In this document: piece after piece, positions 11,896-22,866 of the stretch
How positions within the stretch are numbered: the stretch's first letter is position 1
Layout of the letters: each line of letters begins with the position of its first letter
NCBI RefSeq assembly: GCF_006345805.1
Contig: NC_043021.1
Span: 9,300,001 to 9,364,000, forward strand
Origin: Octopus sinensis
Lineage: Eukaryota
Length of the DNA stretch: 64,000 nucleotides
Direction of reading: 5' to 3'
Program-made: the position numbers and the translations under genes
Notes under the pieces: model-generated
The model's database searches: none
Seen by the model: the letters and a program-made list of their open reading frames with translations, nothing else
Told to the model about the DNA's origin: nothing

Positions 11896-12165
11896 GCGCA
11901 GGAGTGGCTGTGTGGTAAGTAGCTTGTTTACCAACCACATGGTTCCGGGTTCAGTCCCACTGTGTGGCACCTTGAGCAAGTGTCTTCTACTATAGCCTCG
12001 GGCTGACCAAAGGCTTGTGAGTGGATTTGGTAGACGGAAACTGAAAGAAGCCCGTTGTATATATGTATGTATTTGTGTCTGTGTTTGTCCCCACAACATC
12101 GCTTGACAACCGATGGTGGTGTGTTTACGTCCCCGTAACTTAGCGGTTCGGCAAAAGTGACCGGA
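11896..12165 (+). mobile_element. SINE family A, 3'-truncated
   Basis: Same head and core. Confidence 0.88.
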
Positions 12166-12571
12166 AGGTGCAGCTGCACACATATTCTAGCCTGCATGCA
12201 GAGAAAGGCCACTCAACTAGTTGGTACCGAATCACCCTTGGACAACCAACGACCCATCATCACGCTTTGTCTTCTATTCAGCTACTCTACATAAGTCTCT
12301 ACTTCTCGGAGCTGGTAGTCTCATATCCCTGACACTCCCTATTCCCTCGTCTTTCTTTCATTACTCATGCAGTGTCTTATCCCTTCCCAGGTTTCTCATT
12401 AAGTACTACCCTCTGTTTTTCCTTCTCAGAATGTTGGCTGAAATTTTCTCCCTATTCATGTCTTTTCTTTACTGCAGCCATTGCCTTGAAATAGTTTAAG
12501 CAAAACGTTGACAACATCAATCCCCGGTTTTTTTGAGGATCGGCGAAAGCCATGAACACTGTTCTTTTCTC

Positions 12572-12731
12572 GGATCTTTTCCTTTTGAACGGCACTTCAA
12601 CACAATTTCTAGTTAACTAAACACTTTTAAACTTCGTATACTGGTAGAATGTGTTTATAAAACATCATTTTTTCTCTTGGCTTTATTGAGAAAATTCTAT
12701 ATGAAGTGCCCCGTTCAAAAGGAAAAGATCC
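12572..12731 (+). mobile_element. 160-bp MITE, GGATC TIRs, perfect 8-bp TSD
   Basis: TIRs ggatcttttccttttgaacggcacttca / tgaagtgccccgttcaaaaggaaaagatcc; TSD cttttctc at 12564-12571 and 12732-12739. Confidence 0.85.
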
Positions 12732-12929
12732 CTTTTCTCTACTGGTTGCAAGAACAAACCAACTAACAAACAAAAAAAATCATTGTTTAGCGCCAAATTG
12801 AAAAATGAGCAAAACCAAGCTTAAAATGAGAATCGCTTTTCCCCTCACTACATTAAAAATGATGCTCCTCTTCCCACCCAAATATTACAGTAATTATTTT
12901 CTATGATAATGGGTATCTTAATTTCCCTT

Positions 12930-13450
12930 CAGATATTTCGCGACGCACTTGCCTACTCTAATTTCTGTCATTCCATCACTAAACCAAGCGGAGCGCCACC
13001 GTTTGTGCAGGGGGAGAGAACTCTTGCTTCCAACTGTCAACAAGAACATGGCGATTGCCAAATCGAGTCGATGTTGTAGATTGTCCATAACTGCCCAGAT
13101 CGACTGCATTTGCCAGCCAAATATCTTGCCGATGGCCGATGATCATTGAGTTCGTTTCCCGGTCGACGTCCTGGCATCGTTCTTCTTCACCGCTCGACAA
13201 GCAGTTCGCCATGGCTTAGAAGCAAAGGACGACGCTCGCCGTAGTCCTTGCTTCTTCTTTTTTTTCTTTTTTTTTTTTCTTAATGTAAATCCTTGAATGT
13301 TTCGCCACTTGTTTCTCACTTGTTAAGAGTGGAGAGTTGAGTGGAGAGTTGAGTGGAGAGTGGATTGGAAGCTGAGGGAAGCTGTCAACTCCTTCTCGTA
13401 GGCTATACAGACTCTCTTTCTCTCACTTACTCTGCCTTTCCTTGTACATT

Positions 13451-13482
<32 letters not shown>

Positions 13483-13681
13483 CTCCACCTGGAATGAACA
13501 TTAGACATTTACTTAGAAATTTGGTTTTTAGAAATTATTCATCGTCGAGACGTTTACAAATTACTCAACTCCACCAAGCACCACCACATATACATGCACT
13601 GTTTACTACACTCCATCACTATCATCTCCGTTATCAACAGTCAATGCTTGTTGAATCTTCAATCTCCACATGTTGAAAAAG
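12930..13681 (+). promoter_or_regulatory. Candidate promoter and non-coding first exon of FRY
   Basis: Locally CpG-rich, YY1-like aacatggcg near 13027, ends in a strong donor AAG|GTAAGT (GT at 13682); next plus-strand gene is FRY. Inference only. Confidence 0.4.
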
Positions 13682-13699
13682 GTAAGTCGAGTTTACATT

Positions 13700-14090
13700 T
13701 TTAAAGAATTTTACCTCTCTCTCTTACACTTTCTCTTCCTCTCTCTCTTACAGTTTCTCTTTCTCTTCCTCTCTCTATCTTTGCTTTCTACTCCTCTCCC
13801 TCTTTTACTCCTTACTTTCTCTTTCTTATCTCTAAGTCTCAATATTTCTCTCTTCTTCTTTATCTGTCTCTCCCCCTTCCTCTTCTTGTTGCTTCTCTCT
13901 CTTTCTTCGTCTCTATTCTTCACTCACTCTCCCCCTCTCTCTCTCTCTCTTCGTCTCTATTCTTCACTCACTCTCCCCCTCTCTCTCTCTCTCTCTCTCA
14001 CTTTTTATCTTTCTCTCCCGAAACTCTATTACCTTCATTTTCTTTATATCTACTCATTCTGCATAACAGCTCTCCCTTTCTCTTGTTCCG
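13700..14090. repeat. CT-rich low-complexity tract
   Basis: Direct reading. Confidence 0.9.
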
Positions 14091-14739
14091 AGTTCAAAAT
14101 GTCACAACGACCGAATTTGCCATTTATCTTTTCGTTGGGGGCTGCAAAATGCGAGATCGAGACCACTCATCTTTAACACATCCGCTAAACAAGAATGTTT
14201 GGCTCTGACTCAACTTCTCAAACGGTCACTGGGTATGTTATAGATAACGACTAAAAAAAAACTCCCTCGAATTACATTACACAACTCTTTTATATCACAA
14301 AAAGAACCAACCATAGATACCCTGTGTCTAAATAAAATACAAGATGGTTACGACTGAAATATCTTAGGTCATATCTGGATCCGGTCAACTCGGAGCTAAA
14401 CAACAAACAAACATAGACACCATTAACGATTGCAGTATATATTGGAGAATGTAGTTCTAAGTATACAAATGTCTGAATACATTACAAGACTATCACAGAA
14501 CACCTTTGATCGTAGGTCTACTGTATCAAGACTGACCCAAAGCTACAATCTCATCCCCCCAAACGTAACTATAAACACTATAAATGTTAATTCTTATTAC
14601 AAGACATTTGATGCAAAGAGTCTAAATAAAATATGGGATAGCCACGGCTAGAAAATGTTTGATCAGATATCTGCTGGATCAGGGCAGACCTGGGGCTACA
14701 CAACATATTTGCTTATGTTACGTTCGAAATATATCTTTT

Positions 14740-15038
14740 CTCATATAAAGTGTATGTGTGTATGTATGTATGTATAGGGTGGTGTAAGTGGTTTATGTGT
14801 GTGTATGTGGCTATATATATATATATATATATATTTACACACACACACATATATATATATATATTACATACATATATATATATATACATACATATATATA
14901 TATATACACACACACACACACCACACACACACACATATATATATATATATAAGTATAAATAATATATATATGTTTACATAAATAAATATATATAAAAATA
15001 CATAAATAAATAAGTATATATATATATATCTATTTCTT

Positions 15039-15092
<54 letters not shown>

Positions 15093-15181
15093 ATAGTAGG
15101 TAGTAGGATAAATCCCAGCTATGTTTACATAAATAAATATATATAAAAATACATAAATAAATAAGTGTATATATATATATC

Positions 15182-15235
<54 letters not shown>

Positions 15236-15462
15236 ATTATATACACATATAATATGTGTATATAGTAGGTAGTAGGTTAAGTCCCAGCTGTTTCCTCTTG
15301 AAGCACATCTGCTTATCCAATTTATTACAATCCAATATGTATCTCAAAATACATATCAAACTTGAGAAATATGGGAATATTTGTAGAGCTATTGTAAAAC
15401 AAAAACAGGAAATTGGAAAGTTTTTTTGCAAATGAAACGCATGTAATGCTGAATGAATACTA

Positions 15463-15520
<58 letters not shown>
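14740..15520. repeat. (TA)/(CA)/(CT) microsatellite cluster with an internal 150-bp tandem duplication
   Basis: tatgtttacataaataaatatatataaaaatacataaataaataag occurs at about 14969 and 15120. Confidence 0.85.
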
Positions 15521-15521
<1 letters not shown>

Positions 15522-15523
<2 letters not shown>

Positions 15524-15684
15524 TGCAGGAGTGGCTGTGTGGTAAGTAGCTTGCTAACCAACCACATGGTTCCGGGTTCAGTCCCACTGCGTGGCACCTT
15601 GGGCAAGTGTCTTCTACTATAGCCTCGGGCCGACCAAAGCCTTGTCAGTAGATTTGGTAGACAGAAACTGAAAGAAGCCCGTCG

Positions 15685-15732
<48 letters not shown>

Positions 15733-15915
15733 CGTGTGTTTGTGTGTCTGTGTTTGTCTCCCTAGCATTGCTTGACAACCGGTGCTGGTGTGCTTACGTC
15801 CCCATCACTTAGCGGTTCAGCAAAAGAGACCGATAGAATAAGTACTGGGCTTACAAAGAATGAGTCCTCGATTAAAGGCGGTGCTCCAGTCAAATGACTG
15901 AAACAAGTAAAAGAG
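15522..15915 (+). mobile_element. SINE family A
   Basis: Head and tail motifs. Confidence 0.9.
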
Positions 15916-16159
15916 TATAAATAATAATAATAATATTATCTCAACTGATACTGCGGAATTCCTGAAGTAGATCCAAAGGAAATATACCCGAACTACGGAT
16001 GACACCATGTAGCCCAAACTGTATCAGTGCTTTATTCGGCACATCAGCACACTAACTGTAGCAATTCAACAATGATATAATTAAATCAAAATATATAGAA
16101 AAAAATTAAATATACAATAAAACATATACCTATAATTAAGTAAAATACACAATAATATA

Positions 16160-16549
16160 GGCACAGGAGTGGCTGTGTGGTAAGTAGCTTGTTTACCAAC
16201 CACATGGTTCCGGGTTCAGTCCCTCTGCGTGGCATCTTGGGCAAGTGTCTTCTGCTATAGCCCCGGGCCGACCAATGCCTTGTGAGTGGATTTGGTAGAC
16301 GGAAACTGAAAGAAGCCTGTCGTATATATATATATATGTATGTGTGTGTTTGTCCCCCTAGCATTGCTTGACAACCGATGATGGTGTGTTTACGTCCCCG
16401 TCACTTAGCGGTTCGGCAAAAGAGACCGATAGAATAAGTACTGGTCTTACAAAGAATAAATCCCGGGGTCGATTTGCTCGACTAAAGGCAGTGCTCCAGC
16501 ATGGCCGCAGTCAAATGACTGAAACAAGTAAAAGAGAAAAGAGTAAGAG
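16160..16549 (+). mobile_element. SINE family A, full length, 33-bp flanking direct repeat
   Basis: tatacctataattaagtaaaatacacaataata at 16125-16157 and 16550-16582. Confidence 0.92.
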
Positions 16550-16917
16550 TATACCTATAATTAAGTAAAATACACAATAATAAATAAATAGTATATAATT
16601 AGTATATATATATATATATATATATGTATATAGTTAATAAATGAGATTGAGAGAATCTCTCTATAGAAAACACTTTGTAGTGCTCAAGAGACTTGAACTG
16701 ATGCTCTGCAATCTTTACCAAGGACTGAGTCTGATGTATAAAGAGTGGCTACAAGGGGAATCCAAGGGAGCAGATATGGAGACAATGATCACATATATAT
16801 ACATGTATATATATATTCTGTATATCAGACCCAAGGAGTTTTATCTGTTTATTTGCATCATTGCCTCTCTCTATATATATACATATGCATGCAATCTGTG
16901 TATATGATCAAGTGATT

Positions 16918-17752
16918 CCGAGCTGGCAGAACCGTTAGCACACCGGGCGAAGTGCTTAGTGGTATTTCGCCCGTCGCTACGTTCTGAGTTCAAATTCCGG
17001 CGAGGTCGACTTTGCCTTTCATCCTTTCGGGGTCGATAAATTAAGTACCAGTTACGCAATGGGGTCGATGTAATCGACTTAATACCTATGTCTGTCCTTG
17101 TTTGTCCCCTCTATGTTTAGCCCCCTGTGAGTAATAAAGAAATAGATTCTGGCCGTGACCATCCTGTCTGTTATTTAGACATTGTGTGCACCATCCGAAC
17201 GTGGTCGATGCCAAGTCAGCCTGACTGGCTCCTCTGCTGGTGGCGTGTAAAAAGCACCATCTGAATGTGATCGATGCCAGGGTCGGCTGACTGGTGCTCC
17301 TGTGCTGCTGGCACGTAAAAAGCACCCACTACACTCTCAGAATGGTTGTCATTAGGAAGGACATCCAGTTGTAGGAACATTGCCAGATCAGATTGGAGCC
17401 TGGTGTAGCCACTGGCTTTCCAGACCTCAGTCAAACTGTCCAACCCATGCCAGCATGGAAAACAGACTTTAAACGATGATGATGGTGATGATGAGTGTAC
17501 CTAGATCTACATTAGGCATTGTTCTGCAGCTGGATATCCTTTATACTCTTTACTCTTTTACTTGTTTCAGTCATTTGACTGCGGCTATGCTGGAGCACTG
17601 CCTTTAGTCGAGCAAATCGACCCCCAGGACTTATTCTTTGGAAGCCCAGTACTTATTTTATCGGTCTCTTTTGCCGAACCACTAAGTGACGGGGACGTAA
17701 ACACACCAGCATCGGTTGTCAAGCAATGCTAGGGGGACAAACACAGACACAA

Positions 17753-17783
<31 letters not shown>

Positions 17784-17950
17784 CATATATACGACAGGCT
17801 TCTTTCAGTTTCTGTCTACCAAATCCACTCACAAGGCATTGGTCAGCCCAGGGCTATAGCAGAAGACACTTGCCCAAGATGCCACGCAGTGGGACTGAAC
17901 CCAGAACCATGTGGTTGGTTAGCAAGCTACTTACCACACAGCCACTCCTG
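16918..17950. mobile_element. Cluster: SINE B (+, 16918-17140), family C (+, 17150-17492), SINE A (-, 17540-17950)
   Basis: Diagnostic motifs of each family. Confidence 0.85.
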
Positions 17951-18514
17951 CATATTACATGACCAAACTCCTGCACTCTTTCTTTTTATCATGCTATATC
18001 TGGTTCCTGTTACACTCAATTTTTCTCTCTACCCATTTACACATTGTTATAAATGCACACGGATGTTGCACATCAAATGTAGCATACTAGCTTCGTCCCT
18101 TTCTAGTCTTTCGATGTTCTCCGCATTCAGGGCCCATATCACACAGAATTGCTGTACATGCACGAGCATCATACAATCTGCCTTTCACTCTGAGAGAGAT
18201 AGATAGATAGAGAGAGAGAGAGAGCTAACAGAGGTAATAGCTCTGAATTTTCTCCAGCTAGTTCTTATTCTGAAAATAATACTTCCAGCACATTCTCCTC
18301 CACTGCTGATTAGGTCACCTAGATAACAGAAACCATCTACTATCCCTAAGGAATCTTGTGGGCATTTGAGAAATTTAATTCCTGTATATTCTTAGTGTTA
18401 TTTGCTTCTGCCTTTTCTGCTAACTTTTCCTGTAATTTCACGTCGTCTCTTGTTTGTCCATAGCTTGTACTGAGTATTCTACATGGAATTTCTACTTATA
18501 ACTTCCCCATATAG

Positions 18515-18930
18515 GCACAGGCATGGCTGTGTGGTGAGAAGTTGCTTCCTGGCTACATGATTCTGGGTTCAGTTCCACTGTGGGGCACCTTGGGCAAGTG
18601 TCTTCTCATATAGCCTCAGGCCAACCAAAGCCTTAAGAGTGGATTTGGTAGATGGAAACTGAAAGAAGCTTGTCGTATATATATATATGTGTGTGTGTAT
18701 TTGCATTTGTGTTTTCTCCACCACCACCATCACTGCTTGACAACCAGTGTTAGTTTGTTTATGTCTCCATGACATAGTGGTTTGGTAAAAGAGACTCATG
18801 GAATAAGTACCAGGCTTAACAAAATTAAGTACTGGGGTCGATTCATTCAACTAAAATTTCTTCAGAGTGGTGCCCCAGCATGGCCACAGTCTAATGACTG
18901 AAAGAGATTAAATATAAAAGATAAAAGACA
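18515..18930 (+). mobile_element. SINE family A, diverged
   Basis: Head ggcatggctgtgtggt..., tail ggtgccccagcatggccacagtctaatgactgaaa. Confidence 0.8.
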
Positions 18931-18984
18931 GGAAGCAAGACCATTTTCCTGAAGGTAGTAGAATCCTGTCTTTATTTCCCCAGT

Positions 18985-19110
18985 TCTTAGAACTTTGGTC
19001 TTTCTTAAGTTAACTGTAAGGCCCTCTGATTCCAGGTTTTGCTTCCACACCTGCAATTTCTTCTCTACAGCTTCCACCTTGAGAATGAAGTCATTGGTAT
19101 TGTCCCCAAG
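18985..19110 (-). mobile_element. RTE-type reverse transcriptase fragment
   Basis: TNDFILKVEAVEKKLQVWKQNLESEGLTVNLRKTKVL (degenerate YADD region followed by GL.VN..KTKV). Confidence 0.65.
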
Positions 19111-19169
19111 AGAGCCATGACTGGGTTCTTCTGCTTGTGTTGCATGGTGCAGTATCCTGTTGCCAGACA

Positions 19170-19340
19170 TGGGGTCCTCTTGACCCAGGGCAGTACTACC
19201 TCCTCAAGGCACTTGATGTAGGCCGGCCTCCATGTTAAATCTGAATCTGTGTGGGAAGATGAATAGAGGCATAACTTCACCATCACTAGTGATCACCACA
19301 GACACCATGATGTTGACTGGATGTTTGATTTTTATCACTC
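19170..19340 (-). mobile_element. Tc1/mariner (maT/DD37D-like) transposase fragment
   Basis: KHPVNIMVSVVITSDGEVMPLFIFPH...(frameshift)YIKCLEEVVLPWVKR. Confidence 0.7.
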
Positions 19341-19644
19341 TTGATACATGTCCTCAGATTGACACCTAATCACTCTGAAATGTTTGTACTGGAGCCTCTG
19401 GTGTGAATGCCAAGCAACACAGCATGTCATTTCCAAATTTCTGGCAGAGTGAATTGCATCATGGTGCTGTTTTTTCTCACAGACGGTGCCCGACTGACCC
19501 TACTATACTGTGTATTCGACAAAATCAAAAACAAACAATGCTCATGTGCAAAATGAAAAGTATATAAAATGGCGACAATTTATCCATTGCACCCTGTGTG
19601 TGTGTGTATATACATACATACATACGTACATACATACATACATG

Positions 19645-19790
19645 TGGGTGCTGAAAAGTTCCTGGCTTGGGTAAATGAAAATACAGCAGTTAATTATGAT
19701 TTTATTGAATACATTCCACTCTCAGATTCACACACTTATTGTAGCAGCCCTTCAGTTTTTGTAAGGCCTGTTAAAAAAATTTGGAAGGTT
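19645..19790 (+). mobile_element. Mariner-like terminal fragment
   Basis: gggtgctgaaaagttcctggctt resembles a mariner TIR. Confidence 0.45.
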
Positions 19791-19824
19791 GGGCTTGCAA
19801 CCAGGCCTTTTGCAATACCCTTAA

Positions 19825-20045
19825 CCCTTTCGTTACTGTATTTATTTTGAGATGTTCTGTGTTTCTTTCAATTACTTTAAATATAACAAAGAATTTAATA
19901 AGATAACTTAGTTATCATTCAGCTAGTGTTAGGAATATAAATTGTGACTAAGGTTTGGTGGAAGATTTTAATTAAAACCTTAAGTAAACAAGACATTTGT
20001 ACAACAGAGCCAGAGCCGGTTTCGGCCGGGTTGGTAACAAAAGGG
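19825..20045 (+). mobile_element. piggyBac-type MITE
   Basis: TTAA|ccctttcgttac ... gtaacaaaaggg|TTAA. Confidence 0.85.
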
Positions 20046-20394
20046 TTAAAGCAAAGAACTTTTTAACATATCCCTCATAATTATTTTCTGAAATTATTGA
20101 ATGGAGGAAACTGAAGTAGATAGTGCCTGTGAGTCATGTAGGTTATTTGTGTGTTGGGTGAGAGATCAAGGTAAAACTTGTAATGAATAAGATGATTAGA
20201 TATGGACAGATGGCATTTCTTATCATGAAGGAAATAACGTATTAAAATTTCATAGAGGAAAATGAATATTTATTTGTAAGTTTTCTTGAGAAGCATTTAA
20301 AGAATGGAAATTCGTCGTTTTCTTTCCATTTTGCAATAAACTTCTTTTAAAAGAAAGTCTTTTTTATTGTTGAAAGTATGTTGAGAAATATATA

Positions 20395-20797
20395 TTTCTT
20401 TACTGCTCACAAGGGGCTAAACATAGAGGGGACAAACAAGGGCAGACAAACAGATTAAGTCGATTATATCGACCCCAGTGCGTAACTGGTACTTAATTTA
20501 TCGACCCCGAAAGGATGAAAGGCAAAGTCGACCTCGGCGGAATTTGAACTCAGAACGTAGCGGCAGACGAATACCTATTTCTTTACTACCCACAAGGGGC
20601 TAAACATAGAGGGGACAAACAAGGACAGACAAACGGATTAAGTCGACTATATCGACCCCCGTGCGTAACTGGTACTTAATTTATCGACCCCGAAAGGATG
20701 AAAGGCAAAGTCAACCTCGGCGGAATTTGAACTCAGGACGTAATGGCAGACGAAATACGGCTACGCATTTCGCCCGGCGTGCTAACGTTTCTCCCAG
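20395..20797 (-). mobile_element. SINE family B head-to-tail dimer
   Basis: Two B bodies joined at gaatac|ctatttctttact near 20574. Confidence 0.88.
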
Positions 20798-21159
20798 CTC
20801 GTGTGTGTACATGCTTGCTGCATTCATACATAATTTATTCATAGCAGTCTTGGGGAAACGACAGTGGGCTGACCTATGCAAATTACCTAGGCTATCAATG
20901 TGTTCTATTTTTTCTATACCTCTTCAGGATAATGTTGGACACTTGTTATGCTGATGATTCCTATTGAGGCAGAAACACATGTCCATGATTGTCCTCTTAT
21001 CTCCAGACAATAAACCTGTCCTTTTCTGTAATGGCATGTCAGCTTTGGAGAATGTGAGTCTTGAGATTATCTCCCTTCCTCGTATGACAGGGATCTCAAT
21101 TGCCATTTTGGAATTATGATATATTTTCTAGAAAAAAATAAATAAATAAATGCGCCCTT

Positions 21160-21400
21160 TTAAAGCCTAGCCAGGCTCATGGGCCCAGTTTCCCGGTTTC
21201 AATGGCATATGTGTTCCCCAGTTGGACGGGATGCCAGTCCATCACAGTGTTACTCATTTTTGTCAGCTGAGTGGACTGGAGCAATGTGAAATGAAGTGTT
21301 TTGCTCAAGAATACAACGCGTCGCCCGATCAAGGAATCGAAACCACAATCTTATGATCATGATGCTGACATCCTAACCACTAAGCCACGTGCCTCCACAT
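21160..21400 (-). mobile_element. tRNA-derived SINE family F
   Basis: Minus head gtggaggcacgtggcttagtggttagg...gtttcgattcc; tail related to 34720-34810. Confidence 0.7.
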
Positions 21401-21910
21401 ATTTTCTAGAGGCAGAAATAATTTCAATAAATCAAGAATTTATGCTGTATGGTATTGAATATACTTGAATTTGTCTATGTTGTTTAAAATGTTTAAAATA
21501 ATAACCTTTGTTTGTGTTAGTATGTATAATTATATATACATATATATATATATATTTTCCGTTTTTTTTCTCTCTCTCTTTCACAGCCAAATCACTTCAC
21601 CTTCAATGTGCTGCATATCTTCACTGCGTATCACTGCAACCGCGCTTGAACACAAGTCCTCACAACCTCTCTTTAGTAGTATACTCAATCCTCCTACATT
21701 TGTGTTTGCTTCTTTAAAAAAAAAACAAAAACAAAAAAAGAAACTCTAAGAAAAGATTCATTCCTTCTCATTTCTTCAGACCAACCTTGAGAGTTTATAA
21801 TTTCCAAAGTAATGGTCGGAGAAAATGTAGAATCTATTTATTTATTAATTTATTCAAGTTTTACTTCAGCTGCTTCACCAAATCTTAATATTTCTCTTAC
21901 ATAGTTGGGA

Positions 21911-21960
<50 letters not shown>

Positions 21961-22866
21961 AAATACTCACACATACACAAAGATCTGATTCCCTCTGTCT
22001 TTCTTAAAAATCTCTTGAGATTGTCTGCGTACAATAATTAATTGAATCTCTGTGATAAGAACTTCTTAATTACTTCATTAAGGCAATGTTGTGTATACAC
22101 TTTAATTGTACCAAGCCTATGCATTCTAGTCACGTACTCCCCCACTTTGTTTTAAACCAAAGAGTAACACTCTAGTCAATTATTTTGGTTTTATAAATCC
22201 TCCAAGCTTTACTTCAACCATAAAAGTCACTATATTATATTTGAAAACAAAATTCTGCATTTACTTAAAAACAAATCCTCCCCCACAATTCAAAAACGAA
22301 GTATCATTAAATACTATTATTAGTAAATATTAAGAGATTTAATATCCTTAAGAAAATCCATATTATAATTTGTCATGTTCATTTCCCCTTGAAAATCCAG
22401 GACCCTTTTGTCCAATGTAATATCATTATCACTGTTGTCTTCCTGAAAAGGAAGGGAGATAAATGTTTTTTTATGTTCCCTTTGAAATTTGTAAAATCAA
22501 ATTTTCCCTAAGATATATTAGCTACACTTTACTTATGTAGTACTCCTCTTTTTAGGTGTAATTAGTCTTAGACGGGTTAAGTATGGATAATTCAAAATAG
22601 CTCAGAATATTCTAATATAGTAATTTGTTTGTGTGCATTTAGAATTGTGGAGATTGAATTTGAAGTCATTTAATTAAACTGTAAGATAGTTTTTACAAAA
22701 GAAAAGAAGCATCATCGTCATGTTAATTAACACTTAGAATATAACGACATACTTTAGATGCTCGACACTAACAAGGCTGCAGGTCTTAGCTGTAGCATTG
22801 TGTCAGATTTTAGTGAGGCTCTTGTGTTTGGAAAAGTGTGTTTGTCTGTGTAACTAAGTAGGAGAT

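Noticed and set aside
12979-13212. Minus-strand 77-aa ORF as the first exon of a divergent gene
   Set aside because: No recognisable homology and no downstream minus-strand exons found in 1-12900.
13670-14176. 168-aa Leu/Ser/Phe ORF
   Set aside because: Translation of a CT-rich tract that follows a probable splice donor.
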